From NCBI GenBank assembly GCA_000004695.1, contig CM000150.2, positions 3,456,001 to 3,520,000 of the forward strand: a stretch of DNA of 64,000 nt, read 5' to 3'. A program made the position numbers and the translations under genes. Shown piece by piece: positions 27,645-42,375 of the stretch; position 1 is the stretch's first letter; each line of letters begins with the position of its first letter. Source of the stretch: Dictyostelium discoideum (lineage: Eukaryota). Under the pieces are notes generated by a model that worked only from the letters and a program-made list of their open reading frames with translations, did not search any database and was not told where the DNA came from.

Positions 27645-28287
27645 AGCAAAATATATATCGAATTCCTTTTACTTAATTTCTCTAATGCTTCTTTATCCAT
27701 GTTTATTATTAATATATTAATTGTTACTCTTTATAATAAAAAAAAATGTAAAAAATTATATTTTCAAAAAAAAAATTAATAATTAAAAAAATAAAAAATA
27801 AAAAAAATAAAATAAATAGCTTTTTGAATAATACAATAAAAAGAATATATTAAATAAATACTATACCCAGTAAAAAGAAGGTTACAATTCAATATTCAAC
27901 AATCACTGGTTTTGGTCCATGTTATGCTAAATTTGTTTTATCAGGTATGTCCAAAGCATTGGATGATGAACTTACAATTTCATAGTTGGTTGGAACATCA
28001 ATGTCATTTGCTATTAATTTAATTCCAGACTATAAAACTTGTGAAGGTGATCCAATGGAAGAAATTGCAAAACAAACACCAGTTGATGCAAATTAAGTTT
28101 TCAATAAGATATAAAATTTATAGTGAGTCATTAAAGTTATTTATATATATAATTTAAATTATTTTTTAATAATACAAGAATTGATGACTCACTTTTTTTT
28201 TTTATTTTTTTATTTTTTTATTTTTTTTATTTTTTTTGCAATTTCACCTTTTTTTTAATTTTATTTCATTATTATTAGATATACAAA

Positions 28288-29533
<1,246 letters not shown>

Positions 29534-29741
29534 AATTTAAATTTTTTATACATATTTGTAGGATGAGTGGTATTAATAAATAAATATTTTAAAATGTAGC
29601 AAACCCACACAAATTCAAAAATAAAATAAAATAAAATAAAATAAATGTAATAATAGAGTTAACCAGTCAAAACATTTGTATTACAATACGATAATTGTTT
29701 ATTAATAATAAATATAATAATAGAGTGTTATTTATTTATTT

Positions 29742-29781
<40 letters not shown>

Positions 29782-29943
29782 TTATTGATGTTAAATTATT
29801 TTAAAAAGAAAAAAATAAAAATTGATAAAAACATGATACTGAGTGCTCGAGCACTACTTTTAAAAAAATGTTATCAATTTGATAGCGGTTTTAATAAAAT
29901 GGATATTGTTTTTTCCCTCACCTCGTCTTTGTAGGATATTACA

Positions 29944-31242
29944 CTATTTACAACAACAAGGAATACCAAAATAATGGAGATGGTCATAAATACTTAAACC
30001 TATTACAGAATCTGAACATATTGGATCTTCACCGCTATCATTACAAACGATATAAGTTGTGTTGGTTGGATAATAAACTTCAGTTGGTACATGATGATAA
30101 TCTAATAATCCTTCCATTGGTACATGTGGTACTAAATCATGTTGATTAACTAATTTTATTAATTATTAATTATTAAATTAGTATATTTATAACTATTATT
30201 ATTATTTTTATTTTTATTTAATTTCAATAAAAAAAACCTTACCAACACGATAATTATTCTTATGAATTTGGTTGAAATATCCAACAAAAATTGAATCACC
30301 AACACGTGGTGAACCATATGTGTATGAATATGTTGGTAATGTGTACCATCCTTGAACCTCTGCAACACATAATGTTGCTAAAGCTGCACCCAAACTATGA
30401 CCAACAACCCAAATTTCTTTGCAATCTGATCCACATTTAGCCAATGCTGTATCTATTGATGTTCTCACTTGACTACTAACTGACTATATTTTTTAAAATT
30501 ATTTACAAAAAATAAATAAAAAAAAAAAAGTTAATAAACTATTTTGTTCATTTGTTTTATTTTTTTATTTTTTTTTTTTTTCTTTTTTTTTTCTTTCTCA
30601 AATAAAACTACAATTAATACCTACAGCCCAACCTCTATAAAAACCATCATGAACTTTAGCTTGTGGATAAGGTGGATATATAGTTTCTAAAAATTTAAAA
30701 TTTGTAATCCATGAATCTAGATTTCATTCATTCATTTAAATTATTAATTGATTGAATAAATAATTGGATTATTAATTGTTTGAATAAATAAATAATTATT
30801 AATTGATTGGTTGATTAATTAATTAATTGTTTGTATTAATTATTTAAAATTTATGAATTATTAATTTTGATAATAAAAAATACTAACCAACATCCATAGA
30901 ACCACGGAATGAAACAATCACTTGATTATTAGTGTAACCAACAAAGGCCTGAGTATTTGTAGTTACATTAAAAATTGCTGATACTATATTAAAACCAGGT
31001 AAGTTTTTACAAGTTGTGCAATTCCAATTTTGAATATCTGGTCCGTTGCAATATGCAGCATATGAAAATTGAACAAAAATTTCTGCTACTGCTTGATCAT
31101 ATGGGAATGAAGGTAATGAATTCTCTAAATTTATTTGTTGTTGTTGTTGTTGTTGTTGTCCATCACCATTTATTTTAATACTATTACAAAAGTTTATCAT
31201 TAAAAATGAAATTATAATACATGAAATTATTGATTTAATCAT
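29944..31242 (-). CDS. secreted class-3 (fungal-type) triacylglycerol lipase; 4 exons complement(30888..31242, 30625..30716, 30243..30483, 29944..30149), about 297 aa
   Basis: Signal peptide MIKSIISCIIISFLMINFCNS; ...VSFRGSMDV / DSWITNFKFLETIYPPYPQAKVHDGFYRGWA / SVSSQVRTSIDTALAKCGSDCKEIWVVGHSLGAALATL (GHSLG nucleophile elbow)...YRV / VNQHDLVPHVP...; collinear with Rhizomucor/Thermomyces lipases; donors GTTAGT, GTAGGT, GTAAGG; phases 1 / 0 / 1 consistent. Confidence 0.85.
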
Positions 31243-31410
31243 TTTATTATTATTTATTATTATTATAATTATTAATATTATTATTATTATTTTTTTTTTT
31301 TTATATGAAACTGAAATTGAAAAAGAAAAAGCAAGTAAACATAAAGATTAAAAAAAAAAAAAAAAAAGCGCAAGTGTGTTTAATAAATAAAAAAAATAAT
31401 GTATGAAAAG

Positions 31411-31451
<41 letters not shown>

Positions 31452-31536
31452 AAATGAATAATTATTAATTAAAAATAAAAGAATTAAGGTGTTTTTTTAA
31501 GTTGATCTGATTTGTGCAGAAAATAAAAAACTGCCA

Positions 31537-31542
<6 letters not shown>

Positions 31543-31592
<50 letters not shown>

Positions 31593-31622
31593 TTTGCAGT
31601 TTTAAGAGACACATAAAAAGAT

Positions 31623-31665
<43 letters not shown>
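31543..31665. repeat. bipartite poly(T) tract: T48 (31543-31590) and T40 (31626-31665) separated by a 35-bp spacer
   Basis: Directly visible; generates poly-K ORF 31484..31687 on the minus strand. Confidence 0.95.
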
Positions 31666-31666
<1 letters not shown>

Positions 31667-31995
31667 TGTGAAAGTAAAATTTCCCAAGATATTTATTTTA
31701 TTTTTTATTTTTTTTTTTTATTTTTTTTATTTTTTTTTGGATATGTTGGTACCCAAATTTGATCATTTTAATCTTAATCAAACCATCATTTTCTATTTTA
31801 TTCCAATATACACCATCAAAAAACAATCAAATTAAATTATTATAATTAACTCGTTTATCACTAAAAATATGAAAAAAAGATTATATTTTTATTTTTTATT
31901 ACTTAAAATCGGGTTCAATCAAAAATGATAGCCAATATACTTTGTCTTTAAAAATAGAATTATTTAATTTTATTTCTTATTTTTATTTATAAGCA

Positions 31996-32027
<32 letters not shown>

Positions 32028-32125
32028 AAGAATTTCTTTCTTAAATATTATTTTTACAATTTATTTATTTTTTCCTTTATTTTTTATTTTTTTTTACATT
32101 TTTGTATTTTTAAAAGTTTTTCTAA

Positions 32126-32251
<126 letters not shown>

Positions 32252-32277
32252 TAATAATAATAATAAATAAATTAATA

Positions 32278-32292
32278 TTATTGTTTTTTTGT

Positions 32293-32330
<38 letters not shown>

Positions 32331-33009
32331 TATCAAAATAATCAAAATTAAAACTTACATGTAAAAGATTTTTTTCATTTAATTTTTCTTTTGAAAGGAA
32401 AATGAAATAAAATGAAATACCAATAAAGAAATGCCAAATTCCATGATTAATACGAAGATAATCATTATTATCATCTAAACCACGAGCGAAAAAGAAAGCA
32501 GCAACGCCAAAGAAACCAAAACCATATAAAAAGAATTTTGATTTAATCCAATCTGGAATTTTTCTACGTAAAGAATGACGAATGATTAAAAGGATTAATG
32601 CAGAAACTATTGGTATAATTGTGAATTCTATTTGCCATGGTGCACGTTCTTGACAATATAAAGTGATAACTAAAAATGTCCAACGTAATAGTTCTGTGCT
32701 TTGTTGACTTTGAATATCCATTAAAAAGAAACATAATGCTTGAAATGTTAAAATCGTGAAAACATTATCCAATCTATGCCATTGACCTGATGTCATACCC
32801 GATAATTTAAACCACCATGTATTTTCAAAAACTTCACCAACATGATACATCATTGATGCTAATGCACATGATATACCAATAATACCTTCATAAGCACTTC
32901 CTCTCTTCAAACAATGATATACAACTGGTATAACTGATAAATTGGTTGAAAATGCTATAAATGCTTGTAATACTTTTTCAGTTGTTATAATTGCTTGTAC
33001 TGCTGACAT
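32278..33009 (-). CDS. 7-TM CREST-superfamily putative hydrolase (TMEM8 / Per1 / alkaline-ceramidase-like); 3' end possibly spliced
   Basis: 243-aa ORF with 6-7 hydrophobic helices and spaced conserved His/Asp residues (YHCLKRGS, MMYHVGE, WHRLDNV, HGIWHFF) as in CREST hydrolases; GTAAGT donor at 32353-58 directly after ...EKNLLH suggests the poly-Lys tail (from a homopolymer) is intronic read-through; an (AAT)n tract at 32127-32262 lies downstream. Confidence 0.45.
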
Positions 33010-33329
33010 TTTTATTTATATTTTCTCTCTCTCTTTGTCAAGACGTGTTTCTTTTATGTGTGTGAACATGTAAATAAAAAAAAAAATAAAAAAAAATAAA
33101 AAAATAAAAAAAATGAAAAAAAAAAATTAGCGAAAAAGTAAAAAATGAAAATGAAAATTAAATAAATAAAAATTAAAAAATAATCGTTTTTTTGATCAAT
33201 CAATCAAAAAAATATAAATCTTTTTTTTTTTTTTTTTTTTTTTAATAATACTGTTTTTTTATTTTTTTATTTTTTTTTTTTTTATTATTTTTTTTATTAT
33301 TTGTTTTTTTTTTTTTTTTTTTAAAAAAT

Positions 33330-33910
33330 TTATAAAGTTGCCATATCAATTTCACTCATTTCAGTGAGAATTGAAGCAGAATTTCTATCGATTTGATATT
33401 TATCAGAACGAGCACCTTTGAAGAAGATTTCAATGGCATCATCATAATCCTTTGTGAATGGATTACCAGTATGAGCCTCAAAGACTGATCTAACTTCACC
33501 AGATAAAGTGAATTGATTTAAATTGAAATATTCATTGAGAACATCTTCAAACATTAAATAAGTGGATTTGAATGGTGTTAATTTTAATACTGATTCAGCA
33601 GTTGGTGGTTTATAGTTTATGATATCATCAATCAATTTGTCATCAACTTCTGTATATGATTTATGTCTCCAAATTGGTTCTCTACTATCAATCAAATTTG
33701 CTCTAATACCTTCCCAAAGATCACTTTCACTATCATTTACTAATGCCATTGAAATATTATAATCTCTTTCAAAATATTCATTTGATGATAAATCAGTTGG
33801 TGATTCATTAAATAATCTCATTGTTAACTATTATTATTTATTAAAAAAATAAAATAAAATTAATATAAAATTATTATTATTATTATTATAAATTATTATT
33901 ATATATTATC

Positions 33911-33963
<53 letters not shown>

Positions 33964-34951
33964 CTCTACTTACTTTAATACTAATTGGTGATGATTTATT
34001 AATATTTTTAATACAACGTTGTGCCCAATCATAAGTTTTATCAGATTCATTTTCTAAAGCTTCAATGACTTGTTCAATTGTAGTTTTATTTTCAAAACAA
34101 CGTTTGATTGCATCTCTATAGATATCGAGATGAGTTTCTCTACCATCTAATTGAGTTTCAGCAGGTACTGAGAAGGTTGCGATATTTGCAATTAATCTTT
34201 CATGATTTTTCAATGGTAAACGTGAGAGTTGATCATCCAAGGTTGGGATCATATTGGTTGGAATTAAGAAATCGACGAGACCACATTGAATTAATTCAGC
34301 ACCTCTGACACGACGACCGGTCAATGCTAAATAGAGACCAACACCACCATCTAAACGATTTAAGAAACGAATGTTACCAGCGTTTGGGAAGAAACCAACG
34401 GCACAATCTGGGATGGTTAAAATCGAATTTTCACTACCAATACGGAAACCAGAGTTTGCGGTGAACCCAACACCTGCGCCAATCGTCAAACCATCGATAA
34501 TTGATACTTGTGGTTTTGGTGCAACCGACATCAAATAAAACATCTTTGAAACCTTCTTGAAATATTCGCTCAAGAATTTGGTATCGTTTTTGGATTGATA
34601 CAATTTAACAAAATCCAAACCACCGCATTGAATCACACCTGGTGTCGTTGTATGTATACTGTAGGCTGAAACAACCTCATTTGCAATTTGATATTTTATA
34701 AAATGCTCAACTTCTCCCATTGTCATCATATCCAATGCATTCAATGTATCCCTATTATTTAACATACCTCTACTATAGGTTTGTCCAAATGTTGATGGTA
34801 CACAAACTATTGGTGCTCCTTGTCCTGATATACGTGGGAATGGTACACTAAAACCACTTGAATTCTTACCCATTTCAATCTTTGATTTAGTTGAAAGTGT
34901 AAATGATGATCCTGTTTCTACACCTTTTTCATTTGTATCACCTTTAAACTA

Positions 34952-35012
<61 letters not shown>

Positions 35013-35399
35013 TAAATTTATTAATATATTTCATATAGTTTTTGAAAATTTGAAAATTTAAAAAAATTAAAAAATTGTACTTACATGACCCCAATTTTCA
35101 TTTAATTCATTTACATTTGCTAAAACACCTAATTTTGAGAAATTTGGTGAATAATAAAATTTCTCTTCAGATTTTTTATTTGATTCTATATTTGTTAATC
35201 TTTTATCATTAGTTGGTGGAGTTGAAGTTGGTACGAATGGTTTTGGTTGAATTGGTTCAACTTTTTCTAAATTTTTAAAATCAATTTTCTTTCCAAAATC
35301 TAAACCACTTTTTGATGCTTTTCTTTTAACTATTGTAGCATAACTTCTTGAAATATATGTTTTATTACCACAATTTGAAATTTTTCTTAATCCTAACAT
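33330..35399 (-). CDS. 3-hydroxyisobutyryl-CoA hydrolase (HIBCH, enoyl-CoA hydratase/isomerase family), mitochondrial; 3 exons complement(35085..35399, 33974..34939, 33330..33827), about 592 aa
   Basis: Exon 1 begins MLGLRKISNCGNKTYISRSYATIVKRKAS (presequence-like), donor GTAAGT 35084, (ATT)n intron, acceptor tatttAG; exon 2 ...GMLNNRDTLNALDMMTMGEVEHF...GGLDF...SIIDGLTIGAGVGFTANSGFRIGSENSILTIPDCAVGFFPNAGNIRFLNRL... (ECH fold), donor GTAAGT 33973; intron with (CAA)n read as poly-Val in ORF 33899..34873; exon 3 LTMRLFNESPTDLSSNEYFERDYNISMALV..DLWEGIRANLIDSREPIWRH... matches the HIBCH C-terminal domain; all phases 0. Confidence 0.8.
33910..33964. repeat. (CAA)n/(GTT)n microsatellite in the HIBCH intron; (ATT)n at 34944..35011 in the upstream intron
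   Basis: Perfect triplet runs lying between confirmed splice sites. Confidence 0.95.
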
Positions 35400-35703
35400 G
35401 TTGTGTTGTTATATATATATATAATTTTGCTGTTTTTCTTTTTTTTTTTTTATTATTATTATATATGTATATATATATAACTCTATATCTACAATAATTC
35501 TATTTATAAAAAAAAATAATAAAAAAAAACAGAAATTTTATATGATGATGATTGATCAACACACACTGACAATGAAAGCTGAAAATGAAAAAAATTCGAA
35601 AAAAAAAAAAAAATAAAAAAAAATTAAAAAAAAATAAAAAAAAAAAAAAATTACAAAAACGATTAATTTTCATTTTTATTTTTTTCCCGCACTTCTCTTT
35701 AAG

Positions 35704-35735
<32 letters not shown>

Positions 35736-35737
35736 TT

Positions 35738-35776
<39 letters not shown>

Positions 35777-36336
35777 CATTTTTTTAATATCTCCTTTGGG
35801 CAAAGATGAAAAAAGATAACAAAATATAAAACAATTAAAAAAGTTTACCAAATCATGTCATTAGAATTTGGAATTTCAATATGATTCAATCAATGTTGCT
35901 ATCAGTTAATAATATATTTCTATATCAAATCCAACCAACCACAATTGGCATCCAGTGATCCATTTGGTGAATGTAAACCAGGTATTTAGATAAATCATTA
36001 AATGATAATTAATGTGGTCAAAGTACAATCAATACAGGTAATATATTAATGTTAAACAAATAGATACAGAGATGATTACAAGTAATAATAATAATAATAG
36101 TGTATTTGCCCAACAACAACAATAGCACAAAAAAAAACAATTACAAAAAAATGAATGGTAAATAATTATTTTTGAGTAATCTATTTATCTATACTAAATC
36201 CATATTAAAAATAAATAAAACCATTTTTTAAAAATATTTTTTTTTCCAAGTGCCAAATCTGTTACTTTTTTTTTGTCCTTGATTATTTTATTTTGTCCTA
36301 TTTTTATTTTTTTTATTTTATTTTATTTTATTTTAT

Positions 36337-36968
36337 TTAGTCTATTTTTATTGGTGAAACAGTGTTGTTAAATGATGAAGTTGTAGCACCATCTTCATTT
36401 TCTTCATTTTCACAGGTGTTTTCATCAGTAATTTGAATATCACCAATTAAAGATTCATCATCCATAATACAACAATAGTTATCACAAATATTGTTAATTG
36501 TTGAGATGTGATTGATTAATGGTAAAATACTAATAATTATTGGATTTAATATAAAAATTATAACTATTATCATCAAAATATTAACAAGGAATATGAGTTG
36601 ATTCCTATCATTTAAATATTTCAATAAAATGATTTCAATTTCTTCAATAATTAGTTTAATATTAAATTTTACATTAAAATTATTATTATTATTATTATTA
36701 TTATTGTTATTATTGTTTTCTAATGTTTGATTATAATTAAATTCGAAATGGTTATTACTACTACTACTACTATTATTGTTTTCTTCTATATTTAAAATTC
36801 CAGTTGTATTTGAATTGATTTGAGTATTATTTTGTTGTTGCTGTTGTGATTTTTTAATATTTACATCATAAAAATTTGTTACATTTGCAGGAAATATGGT
36901 ATTGATATCTTGAATATTATCATTTACATCTGGTAAGTCAGTATCATAATTTCCTTGATTTCCAAAGA

Positions 36969-37003
<35 letters not shown>

Positions 37004-37748
37004 GTATTCATCATAAATGATAGATTGAATAAAACTAAACATAACATTGCACAAATAATAGTTATAACCTTTAATATATAAATTAAACCTAAAATATCAA
37101 ACTCAATAGTTTGTTTTAATTTACTATTTCGTTTCTTTTCAGTTTTCACAAATTTCGATGTTGATTGAATATTATTAATTGTTGTTGTTGTTATTGTATC
37201 TTCTTCTCCTTCTTTTTCTACTTCCTCTTCATTCAATTTTGTTGAGTTTTTTAATTTTGATAATTTTATTTGTTGTTGTCGCTGCTGCTGTGAAAAAGTT
37301 ACTTGTTTCTTCTTTTTATTAGCAGTTTGTGATTTTTGACTATTATTATTATTATTATTTTGATTATTTGATGATGAAGAAGATAGTTGTTTTGATTTTG
37401 ATTTTGATTGAGGTTGTGATTGGGGTTGATTTATTTGTGTTTGTTGTTGATGTTTATTATTTGTATTGGTTAGAATTTTATTATTATAATTTAAAAATGA
37501 GATTGAAAAGATCAATAATATAGAAGAGGATAATAATAAAGTAAAAGTGACATAGGTTATAGTGTATAAAACTTTATCTATACTCCATATACCTGTCAAT
37601 TGATGAATTTCAATATGATCTAAATATAATCTAATTGATAACCATGAAATCAATAAAAATACCAATATTGTTATCCATGGTATTTCTAACATCCTTTCAA
37701 TCACTGTTTCAATATAATCATTTTGAAATTTTAATATATATTTCTTTA

Positions 37749-37821
<73 letters not shown>

Positions 37822-38799
37822 TATTATATCAGTAGTTTTTATATTATTGAATGATAATGTGTATTTTTTTAAAATATATGATATGGTTGAATATGAAATG
37901 TTATTTTGTTTATTATTATTATTATTATTATTATTATTTTCTAATTTATTTAATATTATTGATTGAAATAAAAAGTAAATATAATTGAAAGAATAATAAA
38001 TTAAGAATGTTATTATGATTTGAATTGATGTACTTAGGAATTTATTATCATTCATTTGTAATGGTAGTCTAAGTATTGATTTACTTTTGTAAAAAATATT
38101 ATTGTTATTATTATTAATACATTTATTAATATTTATAGAAGTAATTAATAAATTTTCATCAAAAATCCAACTTAAATAATTAATTAATCCACTACTTTCT
38201 AGTGAATACCATAGCATTACTAGTATACCAAAACAAAAGAATATTCTTTCAATATATTTTATAAAATACTTTTTTATCTTTAATTTAAATTCACAATATT
38301 CTCTCTATAAAATATATTAATATATTAGTATATATATATATATTTATATATATAATTATTATAATAATTTATAATTTACCATTAATAATGAGGATTTGAT
38401 AAAATTTAATAATGATATTGATATTATTATTATGAATATTGATATTAATGATAGAAATAGAATTGATGTTAAATCATTTCCAAAACTATACCTAATTGGT
38501 AGATCTCTTTTAAATGTACTTGTATTACTATTGAATAGATTTATAATGTCATCATAGTTTGGTTCTTCAGTTATCATTGATTCTAATGTATTATTATTAT
38601 TGGATATGAGTGTTGTTTGATTTACTTTATTTGATTTTAAAGTATCATTAACTATAGTTTCAATCTCTGCAACTGATTGTGTAAATTCTATTGGTGGTGG
38701 TGGTGGGGGTGGTGATGATTCTTGATGAGCAATTGGTTCGAAAAAAGCACTCATTCTTTTTCTTTTTAAAACAGAGTTTCTAATTTCATTTCCAATCAT
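36337..38799 (-). CDS. multi-pass membrane protein of unknown function, low-complexity (poly-N, poly-Q) rich; 2 exons complement(38380..38799, 36337..38304), about 795 aa
   Basis: ORFs 38359..38799 and 36337..38217 are joined in frame by a 75-bp phase-0 intron (donor GTAAAT 38379, acceptor tttatAG 38305); poly-Pro P7, several hydrophobic helices, coding (AAT)n/(ATT)n tracts. Confidence 0.55.
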
Positions 38800-39621
38800 T
38801 TTATTTAATTTTTTATTATTTATTACTTAATTATTTGATTATTATTTATTTAGTTTTATTTAATTAGTTTTATTATTAAGTTTTTGTGTGGTGTGGTGTG
38901 TTATAATGAGTGCATGCTTTCCTTTTAAAAAGTTTTTTTTTTATTTTGTATTGTTTGAATAAGTGTTTTGTTTTTTTTTTTTTAATTTTTTTTTTTTTTT
39001 TTTTAAAACTGATAAACTTTTTTTTAAAAAATTTAAAAAAAAAAAAAAAATAAAAAAAGAACTGTTTGGTCACCAATTTTTTTTTTTTTATATTTTTATT
39101 TTTATTTTTTGATTTAATTTCAAATTTTCTATTTAATGGTAGTGAAATCTTTTTCAGATGAATTAAATAATGAATGTAATAAAATCAATTATCTAGCACC
39201 AATGCAATGATCATTTGAAAAATTATCATTATCAAATTATCATTACATTGTTGTTATATAATTTGGACATATCCAACTCTTACTTTAGATTCACCTTTAT
39301 ATTTAGATACATCAACCATTTTTAAACCATCAATTAAAAGTTAATTCATCACAATTATTACCTAAAACTTTATTATTTGTACCATGGTTCATTATTGAAA
39401 ATTGATTTTGTTGTGGTTTAGATCCAAAAACTATGTTTTTTTGATGTGATTATAAACTTTTTTTTTTTTTTTTTTTTTTTACTGATTTTTTTTCTCTCGT
39501 AGAACCTCACTCCTTTATTCATTGATGCGCATTAGATGGCGCAATCATAAAAAGAAATAAATTTAGTAGTTTCCAAGAAATAAACACTTCTTCCAAGTTC
39601 ATCTACATAAAACAAGGTGGT

Positions 39622-40401
39622 ATGATAGTCATTATAGAAACTCTTTTAGGTAAACTTCATGGTTATGTAACCGACTTTATTTCTCATTCAATTGGCATCC
39701 AGACTGCATTATTTACCAACCCATTCTCTGTAGAGTTTTATGCTAATGTCTCTCTACAATTAAATAACGGTGATTGTATTAATGCTGATACCTCTGTTGG
39801 CCCTTTTGGAAGAAACGTTAATTCTCCATCATTTATCATTGAAACTTGTATTTCACAATCTCTTCCAAGCGGAATTGAAAAGATTAGAAAGTATTTCCGT
39901 TCTCCAAATATCATGGTAACTCTTTTATTGAAGATTTTTGGAAGACGTGCAGATGGTACCTATGTAGGTCTTGCAATTTTACATAGAAGGGTTGGAACTG
40001 CAGGACAATGTACTTCTATTATTTCATTTGGTTCTCATCCAACAACACCTGAATATGAAGAACAAATTAGAAATTTATTAAACACAGCCACAAACGTTGT
40101 TGGATTTACACCCATAAATCCAGTTGGTAATGTTGCTTTAAATACACCACCATATGTTGTTGATGTATGTATTATGATTAATAATGAAATTAATTAATAT
40201 TATAGCAACTATAAATCATAAATAATAATTGTACTTTATTTAACACCTCTACAGATTCCAATCGCTCAAGTTTTTCACGGTGCTCCACAACCAGTTTTCT
40301 TACAAAATGTTGCACCAATTCAAGACTTTACAATCGATCTCTTTAGATTAAAACAAAAGATTGATACAATTGAAGATTTTACTGCTCCTTTCCATCAATA
40401 A
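39622..40401 (+). CDS. hypothetical protein (about 230 aa), 2 exons 39622..40164 and 40255..40401
   Basis: ATG 39622; GTATGT donor 40165 and acceptor ctctacAG 40254 (90-bp phase-0 intron) extend ORF 39622..40197 into IPIAQVFHGAPQPVFLQNVAPIQDF...FHQ*; no domain recognised. Confidence 0.5.
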
Positions 40402-40895
40402 TCACTCGCAACAATTAGAATTAAAATAATTATATAAAAAATAAAAAATAAATCCCATAGATTAGAACTTTTTAAATTTAAAATATATTCTTAATAAATC
40501 TCTCACATAGTTTGGTAGAGAATTTCCAGTAGAAATGTATGTTATACAAAATTTATTGGGGGATGGAATGAAATATAAAGAATTCATCAAAGACAATCTT
40601 CATTAAATTGCATATAATAGGTATGCCAGTATAATTTAAAAAAAAACTGAAATTTTTAATCCTTTGATACCTTTTACAATTTTTACTCAAAAAAATAAAT
40701 ATATAAAAAAAAACAAAAATGACTAGAAAAAAAAAAATATCTATTAATAGATAGTGTTTTACAAATTCCATCATAAATATCAAATAATATTTTTTTTTTT
40801 TTTTTTTTTTTATCAGTTAGAAATAAAATAATGCCATTTTTGACATATTTTTTTTTTTTTTCTTTTACTTTTCTTTTTTTTTTTTCTTTTACTTT

Positions 40896-40937
<42 letters not shown>

Positions 40938-40968
40938 TTTCATTCATTTACCAATTTTAAAATACAGA

Positions 40969-42286
40969 ATGTTATCTACAGAAATATTATTTTGGAAAGT
41001 TATAAGAAATAAATATTTATTTAGGAAAATATTTGAAAAAATTGAAAACGAGTTATATTATACAGATTATCAAAAGTATCATGTTTTAAATAGAATCAAA
41101 TTTAAGAATATTCATTCATTCGATTGGATGATAAAACAAAAGTTGTACTCATTAATAAAGAGTAAAATCAAGTTTAATGATATTATTCATTTTGAACCAA
41201 CATCAATTACAAATTTTTTCTTAATAACATCAACATCAACAACAAGTACAACTATAACTACAACTTCATTTGAAAAAGAGATTGAAAATGAAAATCAAAT
41301 TAAAATCTTTAAACAATTATTAAAATTATTAATGAATTATAGAAGAGGTGAATTTGAAATTAAAGATTTAATAGAGACATCAATTGCAACTAGTAATCCA
41401 CATGCTATTGAATTATTTATATGTACAAAGAATAATTATCAATTATCATTGACATCAAGACAATTTAGATATATTATATTTAATGATAGTTTTTCAATTG
41501 AACTTATAAAATCATTATTTAAACAACAAACTAAACAACAATTAGAAGAGAATCAATTAGATAGTTTTAATTTTGAAAAGAATTATTATAATAATAACAA
41601 CAATAACAATAACAATAACAATAACAATAATAATAATAATAATGGTGATGATTATTATTGGTTAAAAGAATTAAAAAAATTCATTCTTTTAACTTCAATT
41701 TATTCATCTAATAGTAGTTTTAGTGATAATATTAAAAAGGAATTCCAAAAATTTTACAATCACTATTTAGAAATTTATGATGAACCAATTGAAGAATTAA
41801 ACCAAGATTTTGATTTAATTTATAGATATTCAATAAAAAGATATAGTTTAAAATCATTAAAATTCTTAATTAAAAATAATTATTTTGAATCACAAATTTT
41901 AGATAAAAAAAGAAAATTACAACAACATAAACAAGGAAATAATAATAGTAATTATAGTATTAATAGTATTAATAATAATAATAATAATAATATTAGTAGT
42001 GGAACAAAAATTATAGCACCAATAGAATTTATACATAATAATCCAGATCAAGTGATTGAATTTATTAAATTATATTATTCTGTTGGAATAAACCCAGACT
42101 TTCCACCATTCGATTTCATTGAAACATTTCGTTCAATATTATTTAATGATAATGCATCAACTCTATATAATAGGTTAGTTAAATCAATACCAGACCCTGA
42201 AATAAATATTGCTCAACTTCCACTTGAATTTCATCCAGTATTACCATACCTATTTATAACAAAAAAAAGTTCACCTTCCTTACATT

Positions 42287-42375
<89 letters not shown>

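Noticed and set aside
35585-35773. Poly-K / poly-F mini-ORFs (35585..35773, 31484..31687, 54158..54412, 38876..39076, 40553..40943)
   Set aside because: Driven entirely by A/T homopolymers in intergenic DNA
39284-39319. Candidate minus-strand mini-exon ATG GTT GAT GTA TCT AAA TAT AAA GGT GAA TCT AAA + GTAAGA donor
   Set aside because: No downstream acceptor or open frame connects it to the membrane-protein gene starting at 38799 or to anything else; probably fortuitous
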